A stretch of 64,000 nt of DNA from Gracilibacter sp. (GTDB lineage Bacteria; Bacillota; Desulfitobacteriia; Desulfitobacteriales; Syntrophobotulaceae): contig JAGXFZ010000088.1 of the NCBI GenBank assembly GCA_024637055.1, forward strand, positions 6,828 through 70,827, written 5' to 3'. Position 1 is the stretch's first letter, and each line of letters opens with the position of its first letter. Positions 28,104 to 38,042 of this stretch are shown one piece after another. The notes under the pieces were generated by a model that was not told the origin of the DNA, did not search any database, and saw only the letters and a program-made list of their open reading frames with translations. The position numbers were made by a program, and so were the translations under genes.

Positions 28104-28972
28104 TGTTTAAAACACAGTACGATTATTACTTTAACCTTGTGGAACAATATATAACAGGCCTTGTTTTTAATAACGATCAACTGGGAAGTAGTATGAACTA
28201 TTCTCTGGTCGGAGCAGGTAAGAGAATTAGGCCTGTTCTTGCTTTAGCTTGTATAGAAATAGTGGGGGGACAGCCTAAGGAATTTGTGAGGGAAGCTTCG
28301 TCTATAGAACTAATTCATACATATTCCCTTATCCATGATGATTTACCGGCTATGGATGATGATGATTTTCGTCGTGGAAAACCTTCAAACCATAAGAAGT
28401 TTGGAGAAGCAACAGCTATCTTAGCCGGAGATGCTCTTCTCACCTATTCTTTCGAACTACTTGCCCAGCCACTTTCTACAGTATCTCCGGAGAAACAACT
28501 GCGTATTATCAGGGAAACTGCCCAAGCTGCGGGATGGCAAGGGATGGTAGGGGGCCAGGCTCTTGATACCCTCGGAGATGCCCTTGATTGCAACCTAGAT
28601 GCTATCCAGCAAGTACACAAATTGAAAACAGGAGCTCTTCTCATCGCTTCAGCCCGTATAGGAGCTATTTTGGGCGGAGGAACAGAAAAAGAGATTGATA
28701 TCCTGACCCAATATGCATCTCTTCTTGGCTTAGCGTTTCAAATCAAGGATGATATCCTAGACGTAATAGGGCAAAGAGATGTAATTGGTAAACCTGTAGG
28801 TAGTGATGAAAGACAACAAAAAGCAACTTATCCTGTACTTTTAGGCTTAGAAGGAGCTCAAAGACACTTAGATGAAACCATAGCTAAAGCAAAAGAGACA
28901 ATTCAGAGTTTCGGGGAGATGAATTCTTTCTTGCTTCAACTTGCAGATTATGTAGCAGATCGTAATAGTTAG
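28103..28972 (+). CDS. ispA: (2E,6E)-farnesyl diphosphate synthase
   Basis: FARM (LIHDDLPAMDDDDFRRG) and SARM (KDDILD) motifs. Confidence 0.85.
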   Translation: MFKTQYDYYFNLVEQYITGLVFNNDQLGSSMNYSLVGAGKRIRPVLALACIEIVGGQPKEFVREASSIELIHTYSLIHDDLPAMDDDDFRRGKPSNHKKFGEATAILAGDALLTYSFELLAQPLSTVSPEKQLRIIRETAQAAGWQGMVGGQALDTLGDALDCNLDAIQQVHKLKTGALLIASARIGAILGGGTEKEIDILTQYASLLGLAFQIKDDILDVIGQRDVIGKPVGSDERQQKATYPVLLGLEGAQRHLDETIAKAKETIQSFGEMNSFLLQLADYVADRNS

Positions 28973-29007
28973 CATCAGTTAATGCTGAACAAAACTTTCC
29001 TGAGAGG

Positions 29008-29475
29008 ATGGAAATTATGAATCATATCTCTCTGATAATGGATAATAGAATAATGTGGGTTTCCCTTCTTGCTTGGGTCCTTGCCCAAGCTGCAAAGATT
29101 ATTTTTAACTTTATGCTGGAAAAGAAATGGGATTTTCATCTTTTGATAAGTTCAGGAGGATTTCCCAGTTCCCATACGGCTATTGTTAGTGCGCTAGCTA
29201 TCAGTATCGGTAAATATGAAGGATGGGGTTCTTCCCTGTTTGCCATCTCTGTAGCTTTAGCAGTCATAGTAATGTATGATGCCGCTGGAGTACGCAGAGC
29301 TGCAGGTAATCATGCCAGGGTAATCAATTACCTGGTAGAGTGGATGAAACAACACCAAGCCGATCGTCTGGCAAATAATCTTCAACAGGAAAGGTTGAAA
29401 GAGCTTATAGGACATACTCCTTTTGAGGTGTTTGGCGGTGCTATACTAGGTGGGGTGATTGGGTTAATCTTTTAA
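29008..29475 (+). CDS. divergent PAP2 / YuiD-like membrane protein (DUF212)
   Basis: GGFPSSHTA, MYDAAGVRR and LKELIGHTPFEV match the YuiD family along its whole length. Confidence 0.8.
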   Translation: MEIMNHISLIMDNRIMWVSLLAWVLAQAAKIIFNFMLEKKWDFHLLISSGGFPSSHTAIVSALAISIGKYEGWGSSLFAISVALAVIVMYDAAGVRRAAGNHARVINYLVEWMKQHQADRLANNLQQERLKELIGHTPFEVFGGAILGGVIGLIF

Positions 29476-29529
29476 ATAACTCAATACTTTATAATGTAAT
29501 AAATCATGAGTCGGAGGTAGAAAAGGGTC

Positions 29530-30114
29530 TTGGCTATTAGAAAGAAAAGAAGTTTAAAATTCCTTTTAATTGTTTTCATTATAACTTTTCTAATCGCTGC
29601 TATCTTAAGTAGCGGAACGGAATTTATCCTTAGAGTATTGCCACTTACCTTGACATGGGTACTTCTGATTATTGTTATTACTATTGGGGTGCTTTTTGAT
29701 GTGATAGGCATAGCCGTGGCCGCTGCTGACGAAGCTCCTCATCATTCTCGGGCGGCTAAGAAGGTATTCGGCTCCAGACAATCTATATTTTTGATTAGAC
29801 GGGCGGACAAGGTAGCTAACTTTGCTAATGATATCGTAGGGGATATAACCGGTACTTTAAGTGGAGCGATGGGAGCAGCAATTATTATTCTGCTCACTAC
29901 GGAGTATTCATATTTAAGTGAATGGAAAGTCATACTTAACATCTTGCTTCTTGCTTTGATAGCGGCCTTGACTGTTACAGGAAAGGCATGGGGAAAAACT
30001 GTTGCCATAAATGAAGCAAACAACATAATTGATATAACAGGAAGAGTCATAGCTACTTTTGAGAAATTCTCTGGCTTAGATCTTACCAAAACAAAGAAAA
30101 GAGGAGGAAGATGA
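29530..30114 (+). CDS. four-TM membrane protein of unknown function; possible OapA-family relative (unverified)
   Basis: About 21 kDa with four predicted TM helices, a basic loop (HHSRAAKKVFGSRQ...RRADK) and a conserved-looking NDIVGD motif. Immediately upstream of dxs. TTG start. Confidence 0.5.
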   Translation: MAIRKKRSLKFLLIVFIITFLIAAILSSGTEFILRVLPLTLTWVLLIIVITIGVLFDVIGIAVAAADEAPHHSRAAKKVFGSRQSIFLIRRADKVANFANDIVGDITGTLSGAMGAAIIILLTTEYSYLSEWKVILNILLLALIAALTVTGKAWGKTVAINEANNIIDITGRVIATFEKFSGLDLTKTKKRGGR

Positions 30115-30115
30115 T

Positions 30116-31987
30116 TTGAGGTTCCTCGACAGGATTAATTGTCCAAAAGATCTTAGAAGATTGAATCAAGAAGAATTGGTACATTTAGCAGAAGAAATCC
30201 GGCAGGAAATGATAGATGTTACTTCCGTGAGAGGCGGACATTTAGCTCCGAATCTTGGGGTTGTAGAACTTACCATGGCGTTACATCGGGTTTTTGACAC
30301 TCCTAAGGATAAAATAGTTTGGGACGTAGGGCATCAGACTTATGTTCACAAATTATTGACTGGTAGGAAGACTGAATTTAAGAATATTAGAAAATATCAC
30401 GGATTAGCTGGTTTTCCCAAGAGAGGTGAAAGCGAATACGATTGTTTTGATACTGGACATTCCAGCACATCTATCTCAGCTGCCTTAGGATTCGCTAAAG
30501 CCAGAATCGTAACAGAGGAAGATTATGATGTAGTTGCGGTAATCGGTGACGGGTCCATGAGTGGTGGTATGGCCTATGAAGCACTTAATCATGCCGGGAT
30601 TTGTGATACTAATTTGACGATAGTGCTTAATGATAACGAAATGTTTATCTCCAAAAATGTGGGAGCAATGTCTTCTTATCTTAATAAAATTAGAACAGCT
30701 CCTCTTTATGATAAGAAGAAAAAGGATTTAGAAAAATTAATTAAGAATATTCCTGGTATAGGCTCAACAATGGTCAAAGCTGCAGGAAAGGCCAAGGACG
30801 GTATCAAATACTTCCTAGTTCCGGGACTCTTATTTGAGGAGATGGGACTTACTTACCTCGGTCCAATTAACGGGCATGACATCAGTGCTTTGGAAAAGGT
30901 TTTAAGTCAAGCTAAGTTGAAAAAAGGACCTGTTTTAGTACATGTAGTTACTTGTAAGGGACAGGGATATGAACCTGCTAGGAAAAATCCTGATATATTC
31001 CATGGGGTTGGTCCATTCTCCAAAGAGACAGGTGAGATTCTTAAGAAACTGGCCCCCCCGACATACACGCAAGTTTTTGGTGAAACGGTTTGTGAACTGG
31101 CTGCAAAAGACAATCGTATCGTTGCAGTTACTGCGGCTATGGGTAGTGGTACAGGTTGGAGTGAATTTGGCAAACTATTCCCAAAACGTTACCATGATGT
31201 GGGAATTGCCGAACAACATGCAGTTACCTTTGCAGCAGCCCTCGCTCTGAGTGGTCTTAAACCAATCGTCTCTATGTATTCTACTTTTTATCAAAGAGCT
31301 TATGATCAAGTTTTGCATGATATCTGCCTTCAAAATGCCCCTGTTGTCTTAGCCATAGACCGAGCGGGAGTAGTAGGGGAAGATGGACCGACTCACCATG
31401 GAGTTTTTGATATTTCTTTTTTTAGAGCTATCCCGAACCTTACCATCATGGCTCCTAAAGATGAAAGTGAATTACGACATATGATTAATACAGCCTTTAC
31501 TTATGATCATCCTGTAGCTGTGCGTTATCCGCGTTCTAATGGATTTGGGGTAAAGATAGACGATGAACTCCAGGTTCTGGAAAAGGGGAAAGCCGAACTG
31601 CTTAGAGAAGGCAAAGATATAACCTTGATTGGATTTGGACCATTAGTATATATGTGCTTAGAGGCCGCGGAGAATTTACAGAAAAAAGGTATAGAAGCGA
31701 GCGTAGTTAACTTAAGGTTTATTAACCCTCTTGACCGTGATACCATAATAAGCCAGTTAAATATTTCTAAGAAAGTTGTAACTGTGGAAGATCATATCCT
31801 GCCCGGTGGTATGGGGAGTGCTATTCTTGAACTTTTGGAATTAGAAAATATTAAAGATGTCACAGTCCATCGAATAGGTTACAATGACTTTGTAGAACAT
31901 GGCCCGATTCCTGTGCTACATAAGGCTAATGGACTAAGTGTAGAAAATATTGTAAGTAGTGCACAAAAATTGGTAAATGATAAGTAA
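30116..31987 (+). CDS. dxs: 1-deoxy-D-xylulose-5-phosphate synthase
   Basis: TPP motif IGDGSMSGGMAYEALN and full-length DXS similarity. Confidence 0.95.
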   Translation: MRFLDRINCPKDLRRLNQEELVHLAEEIRQEMIDVTSVRGGHLAPNLGVVELTMALHRVFDTPKDKIVWDVGHQTYVHKLLTGRKTEFKNIRKYHGLAGFPKRGESEYDCFDTGHSSTSISAALGFAKARIVTEEDYDVVAVIGDGSMSGGMAYEALNHAGICDTNLTIVLNDNEMFISKNVGAMSSYLNKIRTAPLYDKKKKDLEKLIKNIPGIGSTMVKAAGKAKDGIKYFLVPGLLFEEMGLTYLGPINGHDISALEKVLSQAKLKKGPVLVHVVTCKGQGYEPARKNPDIFHGVGPFSKETGEILKKLAPPTYTQVFGETVCELAAKDNRIVAVTAAMGSGTGWSEFGKLFPKRYHDVGIAEQHAVTFAAALALSGLKPIVSMYSTFYQRAYDQVLHDICLQNAPVVLAIDRAGVVGEDGPTHHGVFDISFFRAIPNLTIMAPKDESELRHMINTAFTYDHPVAVRYPRSNGFGVKIDDELQVLEKGKAELLREGKDITLIGFGPLVYMCLEAAENLQKKGIEASVVNLRFINPLDRDTIISQLNISKKVVTVEDHILPGGMGSAILELLELENIKDVTVHRIGYNDFVEHGPIPVLHKANGLSVENIVSSAQKLVNDK

Positions 31988-31999
31988 GGAAGGTATATA

Positions 32000-32815
32000 G
32001 TGGCTAAATCCAAATTCAGATTGGATGTTCTTCTAGTTCAAAAAGGATTAGTCGAAAGTAGAGAAAAAGCAAAAGCTCTTATAATGGCCGGGAAGGTTTA
32101 CAGTACAAGTAACCGTTTGGATAAACCGGGGATGATGATTGAAGAGCATACCGAACTAATTGTCAAAGGCCAATTACATCCTTATGTCTCTCGTGGCGGA
32201 CTAAAATTAGCAAAAGCTATAGAGAAGTTTAAGCTTAATTTTAACAATATGGTGGTGGCTGATGTAGGGGCCTCTACAGGAGGATTCACTGATTGTGCAT
32301 TGCAGAACGGAGCTTCAAAAGTATACGCGATAGATGTTGGTTATGGACAATTAGACTGGAAACTTCGCAGTGATTCACGGGTAGTGGTTTTAGAGAGAAC
32401 AAATGCACGACACCTCGAAGCAAAGAGTTTACCGGAACAAGTCGATTGGGTAGTATGTGATGTTTCCTTTATTTCTGTCATAAAGATATTCCCAGCTATG
32501 CTTAACATACTTAAAGAAGATGGACAGGTTTTAATTTTGATCAAGCCACAATTTGAAGCAGGACCTGAAAATGTTGGCAAGAATGGGGTAGTTAAGGATA
32601 AAAATATTCATCGTGATGTTATTGAAAAAGTTTTATCCATAGCTGAAAACCAGGGTTTTATGGTTCTAGGTCTGAACTACTCACCAATAAGAGGACCAGA
32701 AGGAAACATTGAGTTTTTAGCATGGTTAACTAAGGTTAGTAATGATGAAAATAGATATGACTGGATATCTAACCTCACGGAGTTTGTTCAGGATGCTCAA
32801 GTAGGAACGGAGTGA
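32000..32815 (+). CDS. tlyA: TlyA-family rRNA (cytidine-2'-O)-methyltransferase
   Basis: S4 domain N-terminus (RLDVLLVQKGL) and FtsJ fold (DVGASTGGFTD). Confidence 0.85.
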   Translation: MAKSKFRLDVLLVQKGLVESREKAKALIMAGKVYSTSNRLDKPGMMIEEHTELIVKGQLHPYVSRGGLKLAKAIEKFKLNFNNMVVADVGASTGGFTDCALQNGASKVYAIDVGYGQLDWKLRSDSRVVVLERTNARHLEAKSLPEQVDWVVCDVSFISVIKIFPAMLNILKEDGQVLILIKPQFEAGPENVGKNGVVKDKNIHRDVIEKVLSIAENQGFMVLGLNYSPIRGPEGNIEFLAWLTKVSNDENRYDWISNLTEFVQDAQVGTE

Positions 32816-32820
32816 GAAAG

Positions 32821-33636
32821 ATGAAAAACAGAGTAGGCCTCTGGGTAAACCGTTCAAAAATAGATACGGAGAGCTTGATCCCTCAGCTTGTTAATTGGTT
32901 TAATGGTCAGGGATGGGAGACAGTCACTGAATGGCAAGAACAAGGTTTGGATGACGTTGATTTTGTGATTTCTCTTGGAGGTGATGGTACTGTTATCCAA
33001 GCGGCAAGAGAAGCGGCAGCCCATAATGTCCCTGTTCTGGGTGTTAACTATGGTAAATTGGGATTCCTGTGTGAAGTAGAGCGTGATGAAGTGTATTCAG
33101 CTCTTAAAAAAGTAATCAAAAAAGAATATACCATCGAAGAAAGACTTATGTTGATAGCAACTTTATATAGGGCAGGGGATAAGCAACAATACACAGTGTT
33201 AAATGATGTTGTTTTCTTAAGAGATAGTATGGATTCCCTTGTGACTCTTCAGGTGAAATTATCTGGCGAACCTATTTCTAGTCCTCCATCGGATGGCTTG
33301 ATAGTTGCTACACCTACTGGTTCAACAGCTTACTCCTTATCCGCTGGAGGTTCTATTGTTAGCCCTGATGTTGAGGCAATCCTGATCACCCCTTTAGCTG
33401 CTCATGCACTTTCTTCCAGACCTATGATATTATCACATAATGAACGGATTGATATTATTCTTACAAAGGGTATTGGATGTCGAGTTACTTTTGATGGCAG
33501 AAACACTCAAATATTGGAACCTGGGGATAGTGTCAGAGTTGTCACTTCCCCTATTAAGGCTAGATTTATAAGACTTGGCGGTCGGAGCTTCCCCAAAATA
33601 GTCAGAGAAAAGCTTCGGGATCGGTGGCATGAGTAG
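32821..33636 (+). CDS. nadK: NAD kinase
   Basis: GGDGT motif and ATPTGSTAYSLSAGG motif. Confidence 0.85.
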   Translation: MKNRVGLWVNRSKIDTESLIPQLVNWFNGQGWETVTEWQEQGLDDVDFVISLGGDGTVIQAAREAAAHNVPVLGVNYGKLGFLCEVERDEVYSALKKVIKKEYTIEERLMLIATLYRAGDKQQYTVLNDVVFLRDSMDSLVTLQVKLSGEPISSPPSDGLIVATPTGSTAYSLSAGGSIVSPDVEAILITPLAAHALSSRPMILSHNERIDIILTKGIGCRVTFDGRNTQILEPGDSVRVVTSPIKARFIRLGGRSFPKIVREKLRDRWHE

Positions 33637-34222
33637 AGAAATGGAAAGAGGAATCCAAGACATCCAAACTATGCAGAAAGTTTATCTTCAGACTATAATC
33701 GAACCCGGAGATATAGTAGTTGATGCTACTGCTGGTCTAGGTAGGGATACAGTGTTCCTTGCGAACTGTGTAGGATCTGGAGGGAAAGTTTATGCGTTTG
33801 ATATCCAGGAAGAAGCATTAACGGCTACTAGATTCTTACTAATTGAACAAGGACTAAGCCCTAGGGTGGATCTAATACTTGCAAGTCATACAGAACTATC
33901 GCAATATGTACCAGATAGAGTCAAGGCAGTTGTTTTCAATTTAGGGTATTTGCCGGGAAGTGATCATCAGGTTACTACTAAAGCTTCTACAACCTTAGAG
34001 GCAGTTAAAGTAGCAATAAAGATGCTTAAGATTAAAGGAATAATCTGGATCACTATTTATATTGGACATGATACTGGAAATGAAGAATCCCAAACACTAT
34101 TAAATCACTTTTCTACTCTTCCCAAGAAGGATTTCAGCGTATTTCAAGGAAGTTATATAAACCAGGGAGAGTTATCCCCTTATTGGATTATCATCCAAAA
34201 AAATAGGGAGGACATTGAATGA
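33629..34222 (+). CDS. YtqB/MnmM-like class I SAM-dependent methyltransferase
   Basis: VVDATAGLGRDTVFLA...GKVYAFDIQEEAL resembles B. subtilis YtqB. The true start may be the ATG at 33671. Confidence 0.6.
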   Translation: MSREMERGIQDIQTMQKVYLQTIIEPGDIVVDATAGLGRDTVFLANCVGSGGKVYAFDIQEEALTATRFLLIEQGLSPRVDLILASHTELSQYVPDRVKAVVFNLGYLPGSDHQVTTKASTTLEAVKVAIKMLKIKGIIWITIYIGHDTGNEESQTLLNHFSTLPKKDFSVFQGSYINQGELSPYWIIIQKNREDIE

Positions 34223-34668
34223 AAACTCGCCGACAGTTAAAAATTCAGGAACTCATAACCAATGAACATATTAGCACGCAGCAAGAATTAGTTCGAAGAC
34301 TGCTGGAGGATGGATTAGATGTGACTCAGGCTACTATTTCTAGAGATATTAAAGAAATGGGTCTTATTAAGGTTCCAGGAGTTGGTGACGAATATCATTA
34401 TGCACTTCGGGGAGAATCTCATCCCATGGATTATCAGGACAGATTGAAAAGAATGTTTAAAGAGGCAGTTATCTCTTTTGACTGCAGTGAAAATATTGTT
34501 GTAATTAGAACCATACCGGGTAACGCTCAAGCCTTAGCCTTATTGCTAGATAATACAAGCTGGAAGGAAGTTATTGGCTCAGTTGCTGGTGATGATACGA
34601 TATTTCTATTGGTTAAGCCAACGAGCGATGTTGATAAGATTATTCATAGATTAACAGGATTGGTTTAG
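34219..34668 (+). CDS. argR: arginine repressor
   Basis: Winged-helix N-terminus (TQQELVRRLLEDGLDVTQATISRDIKE) and a C-terminal GDDTIF motif. Confidence 0.9.
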   Translation: MKTRRQLKIQELITNEHISTQQELVRRLLEDGLDVTQATISRDIKEMGLIKVPGVGDEYHYALRGESHPMDYQDRLKRMFKEAVISFDCSENIVVIRTIPGNAQALALLLDNTSWKEVIGSVAGDDTIFLLVKPTSDVDKIIHRLTGLV

Positions 34669-34683
34669 AACGGAGGGGAAAGT

Positions 34684-36363
34684 ATGCTGGTTGAACTTCA
34701 TATCAAGGACTTCGCACTTATGGAGGATGTTCGGATATCCCTAGATTCAGGATTAACTGTTTTTACCGGAGAGACTGGTGCAGGGAAATCTATGCTTATC
34801 GATGCGTTAGGTCTATTACTTGGTGGGCGTGCCAGTAATGAGTTAATACGTCATGGCAAAGATAAGGCTTGTATTGAAGGTGTGTTTACAAACCTACCGG
34901 CTAAAACTGTTAATTATTTGAAGGACGAAGGATATCCTTTAGAAGATAATCAGCTTTTTCTTTATCGAGAGATAAACGATACAGGGAGAAATATTTGTCG
35001 TGTCCAGGGCAGAACTGTGCCTCTATCCCTTTACCGGACATTCTGTGAAGGTTTAGTAGATATTCATGGGCAGATGGAACATCAATCTCTGCTTATTACC
35101 GATACCCATAGGGACTTGCTAGATAGTTTCGGTGGAGAATCCCATCTTAGATTATTAAAAGAAGTTAAAGATTCAGCGATTTGGTATAGAAATGTTACAA
35201 CAAGAGAAAGAGAGCTTTTGCGTTCTGAAAGAGATAGAGAGAGACGGGAAGAGATACTAAGGTTCCAAATAGATGAAATAGAAAAGATTGCACCTTTTTC
35301 AGGAGAAGAAACTAACTTAGAGAAGGAGAAGAAGTTGCTCCTCAATTCTGAGAAGATTGTAAACTTGGTGACAGAAGCTTATGAAGAGTTAAATCATGGC
35401 GCTGAAGGAATGTCAGCTATGTCAGCATTTGATCTTATAGGTGCATCTACAAGGAATATGGATGACCTAAGCAATTTGGACCCATCATGTGAGGAAATAA
35501 GCAAAAGCCTAAAAGAAGTATATTATTCTTTAGAAGATTGTATTGAGCAAATAAGATCATATAAAGAGGGCTTAGAGTTTCAGCCTGGGAGAATCGATCA
35601 GATTGAAACAAGAATCGTTGAGCTCCATAAACTTAGAAAATATGGCTACGAAATTGATGCAGTTTTGACTAAAAAAGAAGAAATGGAAAAGGAATTGCAT
35701 GAAATTGCTCACTTACAGGATGAAAAAGAAAACATCAAGCGGGAAAAGAAAGAGGCTTTAACAAGCTATAATAACCTTGCTGAAGAACTAAGTTTGAACA
35801 GGGGTATTCAAGCTGAAAAGATAGAAAAAGGCCTTTCTGGAGAACTACAGGATTTAGGTTTAAATGATGCCAGAGTTGAGATAATTTTTACTCCAGTCAA
35901 AGAACCCTCCCAGGATGGTGCGGAACAGATTGAATTTTATTTCTCTGCCAACATTGGGGAGCCACCAAAGCCTTTGGCTAAAGTAATTTCAGGTGGAGAA
36001 ATGGCAAGGCTGATGTTGGCCTTTAAAAGTCTTCTTTCCATGGTTGAAACAGTTGATACTTTTATATTTGATGAAGTGGATAGTGGTGTTGGAGGAAGAA
36101 TCATAGTTAAAGTTGCTGAAAAATTAGAAAGAATTGCTTTGAACAAACAAGTTTTATGCATCACTCATTCTGCCCCAGTTGCAGCCTATGGAGACAAACA
36201 TTTCGGAATATCCAAGGAAGTTATTGGGGATAGAACTTTGACAAAGGTAAAGTTGCTTGAAGATAATGAAAGAATTCAGGAACTAGCAAGAATGCTTGGT
36301 GGCGAAAGTATGGCTAAAGGTTTGTCGGAGGAACTCTGGCAACAAGCTCAAGTTAAAAGGTAG
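34684..36363 (+). CDS. recN: DNA repair protein RecN
   Basis: Walker A GETGAGKS, long coiled coil, C-terminal SGGE signature and DEVDSG Walker B. Confidence 0.95.
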   Translation: MLVELHIKDFALMEDVRISLDSGLTVFTGETGAGKSMLIDALGLLLGGRASNELIRHGKDKACIEGVFTNLPAKTVNYLKDEGYPLEDNQLFLYREINDTGRNICRVQGRTVPLSLYRTFCEGLVDIHGQMEHQSLLITDTHRDLLDSFGGESHLRLLKEVKDSAIWYRNVTTRERELLRSERDRERREEILRFQIDEIEKIAPFSGEETNLEKEKKLLLNSEKIVNLVTEAYEELNHGAEGMSAMSAFDLIGASTRNMDDLSNLDPSCEEISKSLKEVYYSLEDCIEQIRSYKEGLEFQPGRIDQIETRIVELHKLRKYGYEIDAVLTKKEEMEKELHEIAHLQDEKENIKREKKEALTSYNNLAEELSLNRGIQAEKIEKGLSGELQDLGLNDARVEIIFTPVKEPSQDGAEQIEFYFSANIGEPPKPLAKVISGGEMARLMLAFKSLLSMVETVDTFIFDEVDSGVGGRIIVKVAEKLERIALNKQVLCITHSAPVAAYGDKHFGISKEVIGDRTLTKVKLLEDNERIQELARMLGGESMAKGLSEELWQQAQVKR

Positions 36364-36447
36364 TTAAAAAATAAGGTAAAATATCTAATAAGCAAAAAAA
36401 TATTTAAAGTAAACAAAAAATGTTTTCTATATATAATTATTTCAATC

Positions 36448-36472
36448 AACAGTCAGAGATGGCTGTTTTTTT
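36448..36472 (+). terminator. rho-independent terminator after recN
   Basis: 7-bp stem (aacagtc/ggctgtt, with one G-U pair) followed by seven T residues. Confidence 0.5.
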
Positions 36473-36645
36473 ACTATTTTGATATTCCATCAAAATATCC
36501 TAGAAATGATTTCACAGGATGAAACGAGCTTGATATGGAGAAGTTAATAATACAATAATTTATTTTATAAATATTTTATTGTCCCTGCAGGGTTTTGTTT
36601 TTTGTTTTCAGTCGCGACGAGGAGGTTGAAAGCTGGAGGGACAGC

Positions 36646-37884
36646 ATGAAAAATTGGCAAAAATCACGATCAAAGCTTTTTATTGTTATCAGTTTATTCT
36701 TTGCCTTTATCGTTAGTATTCAACAACCAGCAAATAGTTATCAAATCAATTTTCAAGTTCTAGATAATGTAAAACTGGGAAATACTCTCCAAACAGAGGA
36801 TTATAATCCTGTAAATGGTTTTTTTGAATTATTTAAACCGAAAAAAGAAAACAAACCAAGTTTAGAATTGATACCTGGTGGTCATTCGATTGGCGTAACA
36901 TTACAGACAAAAGGAGTATTAGTCGTTGGTTTTGCAGCTATTGTTAATGATCAAGGTAAAGAGTCGTTTCCCGCTAAAGATTCAGGTATAGTAGTTGGTG
37001 ATACCATATTAGAAGTAAATGGGGAGAAAGCATTAAACGACTTTCAAGTAGCTAAGATTATTGATACCAAATGTAAAGAACAAGAAGAGATAAGTTTATT
37101 GGTTAAGCACAAGGGCAGTGTTATAACAAAAACAATAGAACCTCTTTATTGTTCAGAAACACAAAGGTATAGAATCGGGCTTTATATTAGAGATGAAGCT
37201 GCAGGAGTAGGCACATTGACTTTCGTTGATCCCAAGACTCAGACATTCGGAGCATTAGGTCATGTGATATCAGATATCGATACTAACGATCAAATCGAAT
37301 TAAGAGAAGGTAAAATTATTGAATCTACTATTTATGCAATAGAAAAAGGAACAAGAGGAGATCCAGGAGAAAAAATCGGTTCGTTTATGTTGGAATCCAG
37401 CTTTAAAGGAAAGATAGAAAAGAACACAAATAGTGGGATATTTGGAATATGTGATAAGGAAGCTGATTTAGTTAAAAATCCATTCTTTGAAAAAGCTTTG
37501 CCTATAGCTTGGAAATCTGAAATTCAGAATGGACCTGCCAAAATTTATACTGTTCTCAAGGATAATACTATTGAAGAATTTGAAATTAACATCGAAAAAG
37601 TTATGTCGTACAGAAACGATAACAAAAATATGATTATTAGAGTAACGGATTCAGAATTAATAGAAAAAACCGGTGGAATTGTTCAAGGAATGAGTGGAAG
37701 TCCGATAATACAAAATGGAAAAATTATTGGTGCTGTAACTCATGTATTCGTTAATGACTCAACAAGAGGATATGGTGTCTTTATTGAAAACATGTTAGAG
37801 GATTCAGGGATTTTAACAAAAGCAGCAACCGCCTTAACCGGCGGTTTTTTTTATAATAAAGTTGGAATATTGCAAATTTATTAG
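36646..37884 (+). CDS. spoIVB: SpoIVB signalling serine peptidase (S55)
   Basis: N-terminal TM, PDZ region (GDTILEVNG), and the catalytic GMSGSPI motif. Confidence 0.9.
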   Translation: MKNWQKSRSKLFIVISLFFAFIVSIQQPANSYQINFQVLDNVKLGNTLQTEDYNPVNGFFELFKPKKENKPSLELIPGGHSIGVTLQTKGVLVVGFAAIVNDQGKESFPAKDSGIVVGDTILEVNGEKALNDFQVAKIIDTKCKEQEEISLLVKHKGSVITKTIEPLYCSETQRYRIGLYIRDEAAGVGTLTFVDPKTQTFGALGHVISDIDTNDQIELREGKIIESTIYAIEKGTRGDPGEKIGSFMLESSFKGKIEKNTNSGIFGICDKEADLVKNPFFEKALPIAWKSEIQNGPAKIYTVLKDNTIEEFEINIEKVMSYRNDNKNMIIRVTDSELIEKTGGIVQGMSGSPIIQNGKIIGAVTHVFVNDSTRGYGVFIENMLEDSGILTKAATALTGGFFYNKVGILQIY

Positions 37885-37960
37885 GAATATTAGAAGTTAT
37901 TTTACATATTATGTAGTATAATATGGTAATATCATATAAAATAAAATTGTAATTTATAGA

Positions 37961-37986
37961 AGGAATTGATTTACTACTTGTCGAAC
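37961..37986 (+). promoter_or_regulatory. sigma-H-type promoter with an overlapping 0A box upstream of spo0A
   Basis: GAAGGAATT-N12-GTCGAACAA against the consensus RNAGGAWWW-N11/12-RNNGAATWW, with one mismatch. TGTCGAA (37979-37985) matches the Spo0A box TGNCGAA. TTGTCG-N16-TATAAT (37978-38005) is an overlapping sigma-A-like alternative. Confidence 0.5.
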
Positions 37987-38042
37987 AAGTTTCTTGTTAT
38001 ATAATATACATATTATTTCCGCAGAATTTAGGAGGATAGATA

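Noticed and set aside
28973-29529. OLE RNA expected between ispA and dxs
   Set aside because: The interval is filled by a full-length YuiD/DUF212 ORF. Only 35-nt and 54-nt gaps remain, far too short for a ~600-nt RNA.
30969-31250. 93-aa alternative-frame ORF inside dxs
   Set aside because: It is embedded in a strongly conserved dxs reading frame and has a junk-like composition.
36579-36612. ccctgcaggg palindrome plus T-rich tract upstream of spoIVB, as a terminator or attenuator
   Set aside because: As RNA it can form only a 3-bp stem with a 4-nt loop, which is too weak. It is probably just an SbfI-like palindrome in a T-rich leader.
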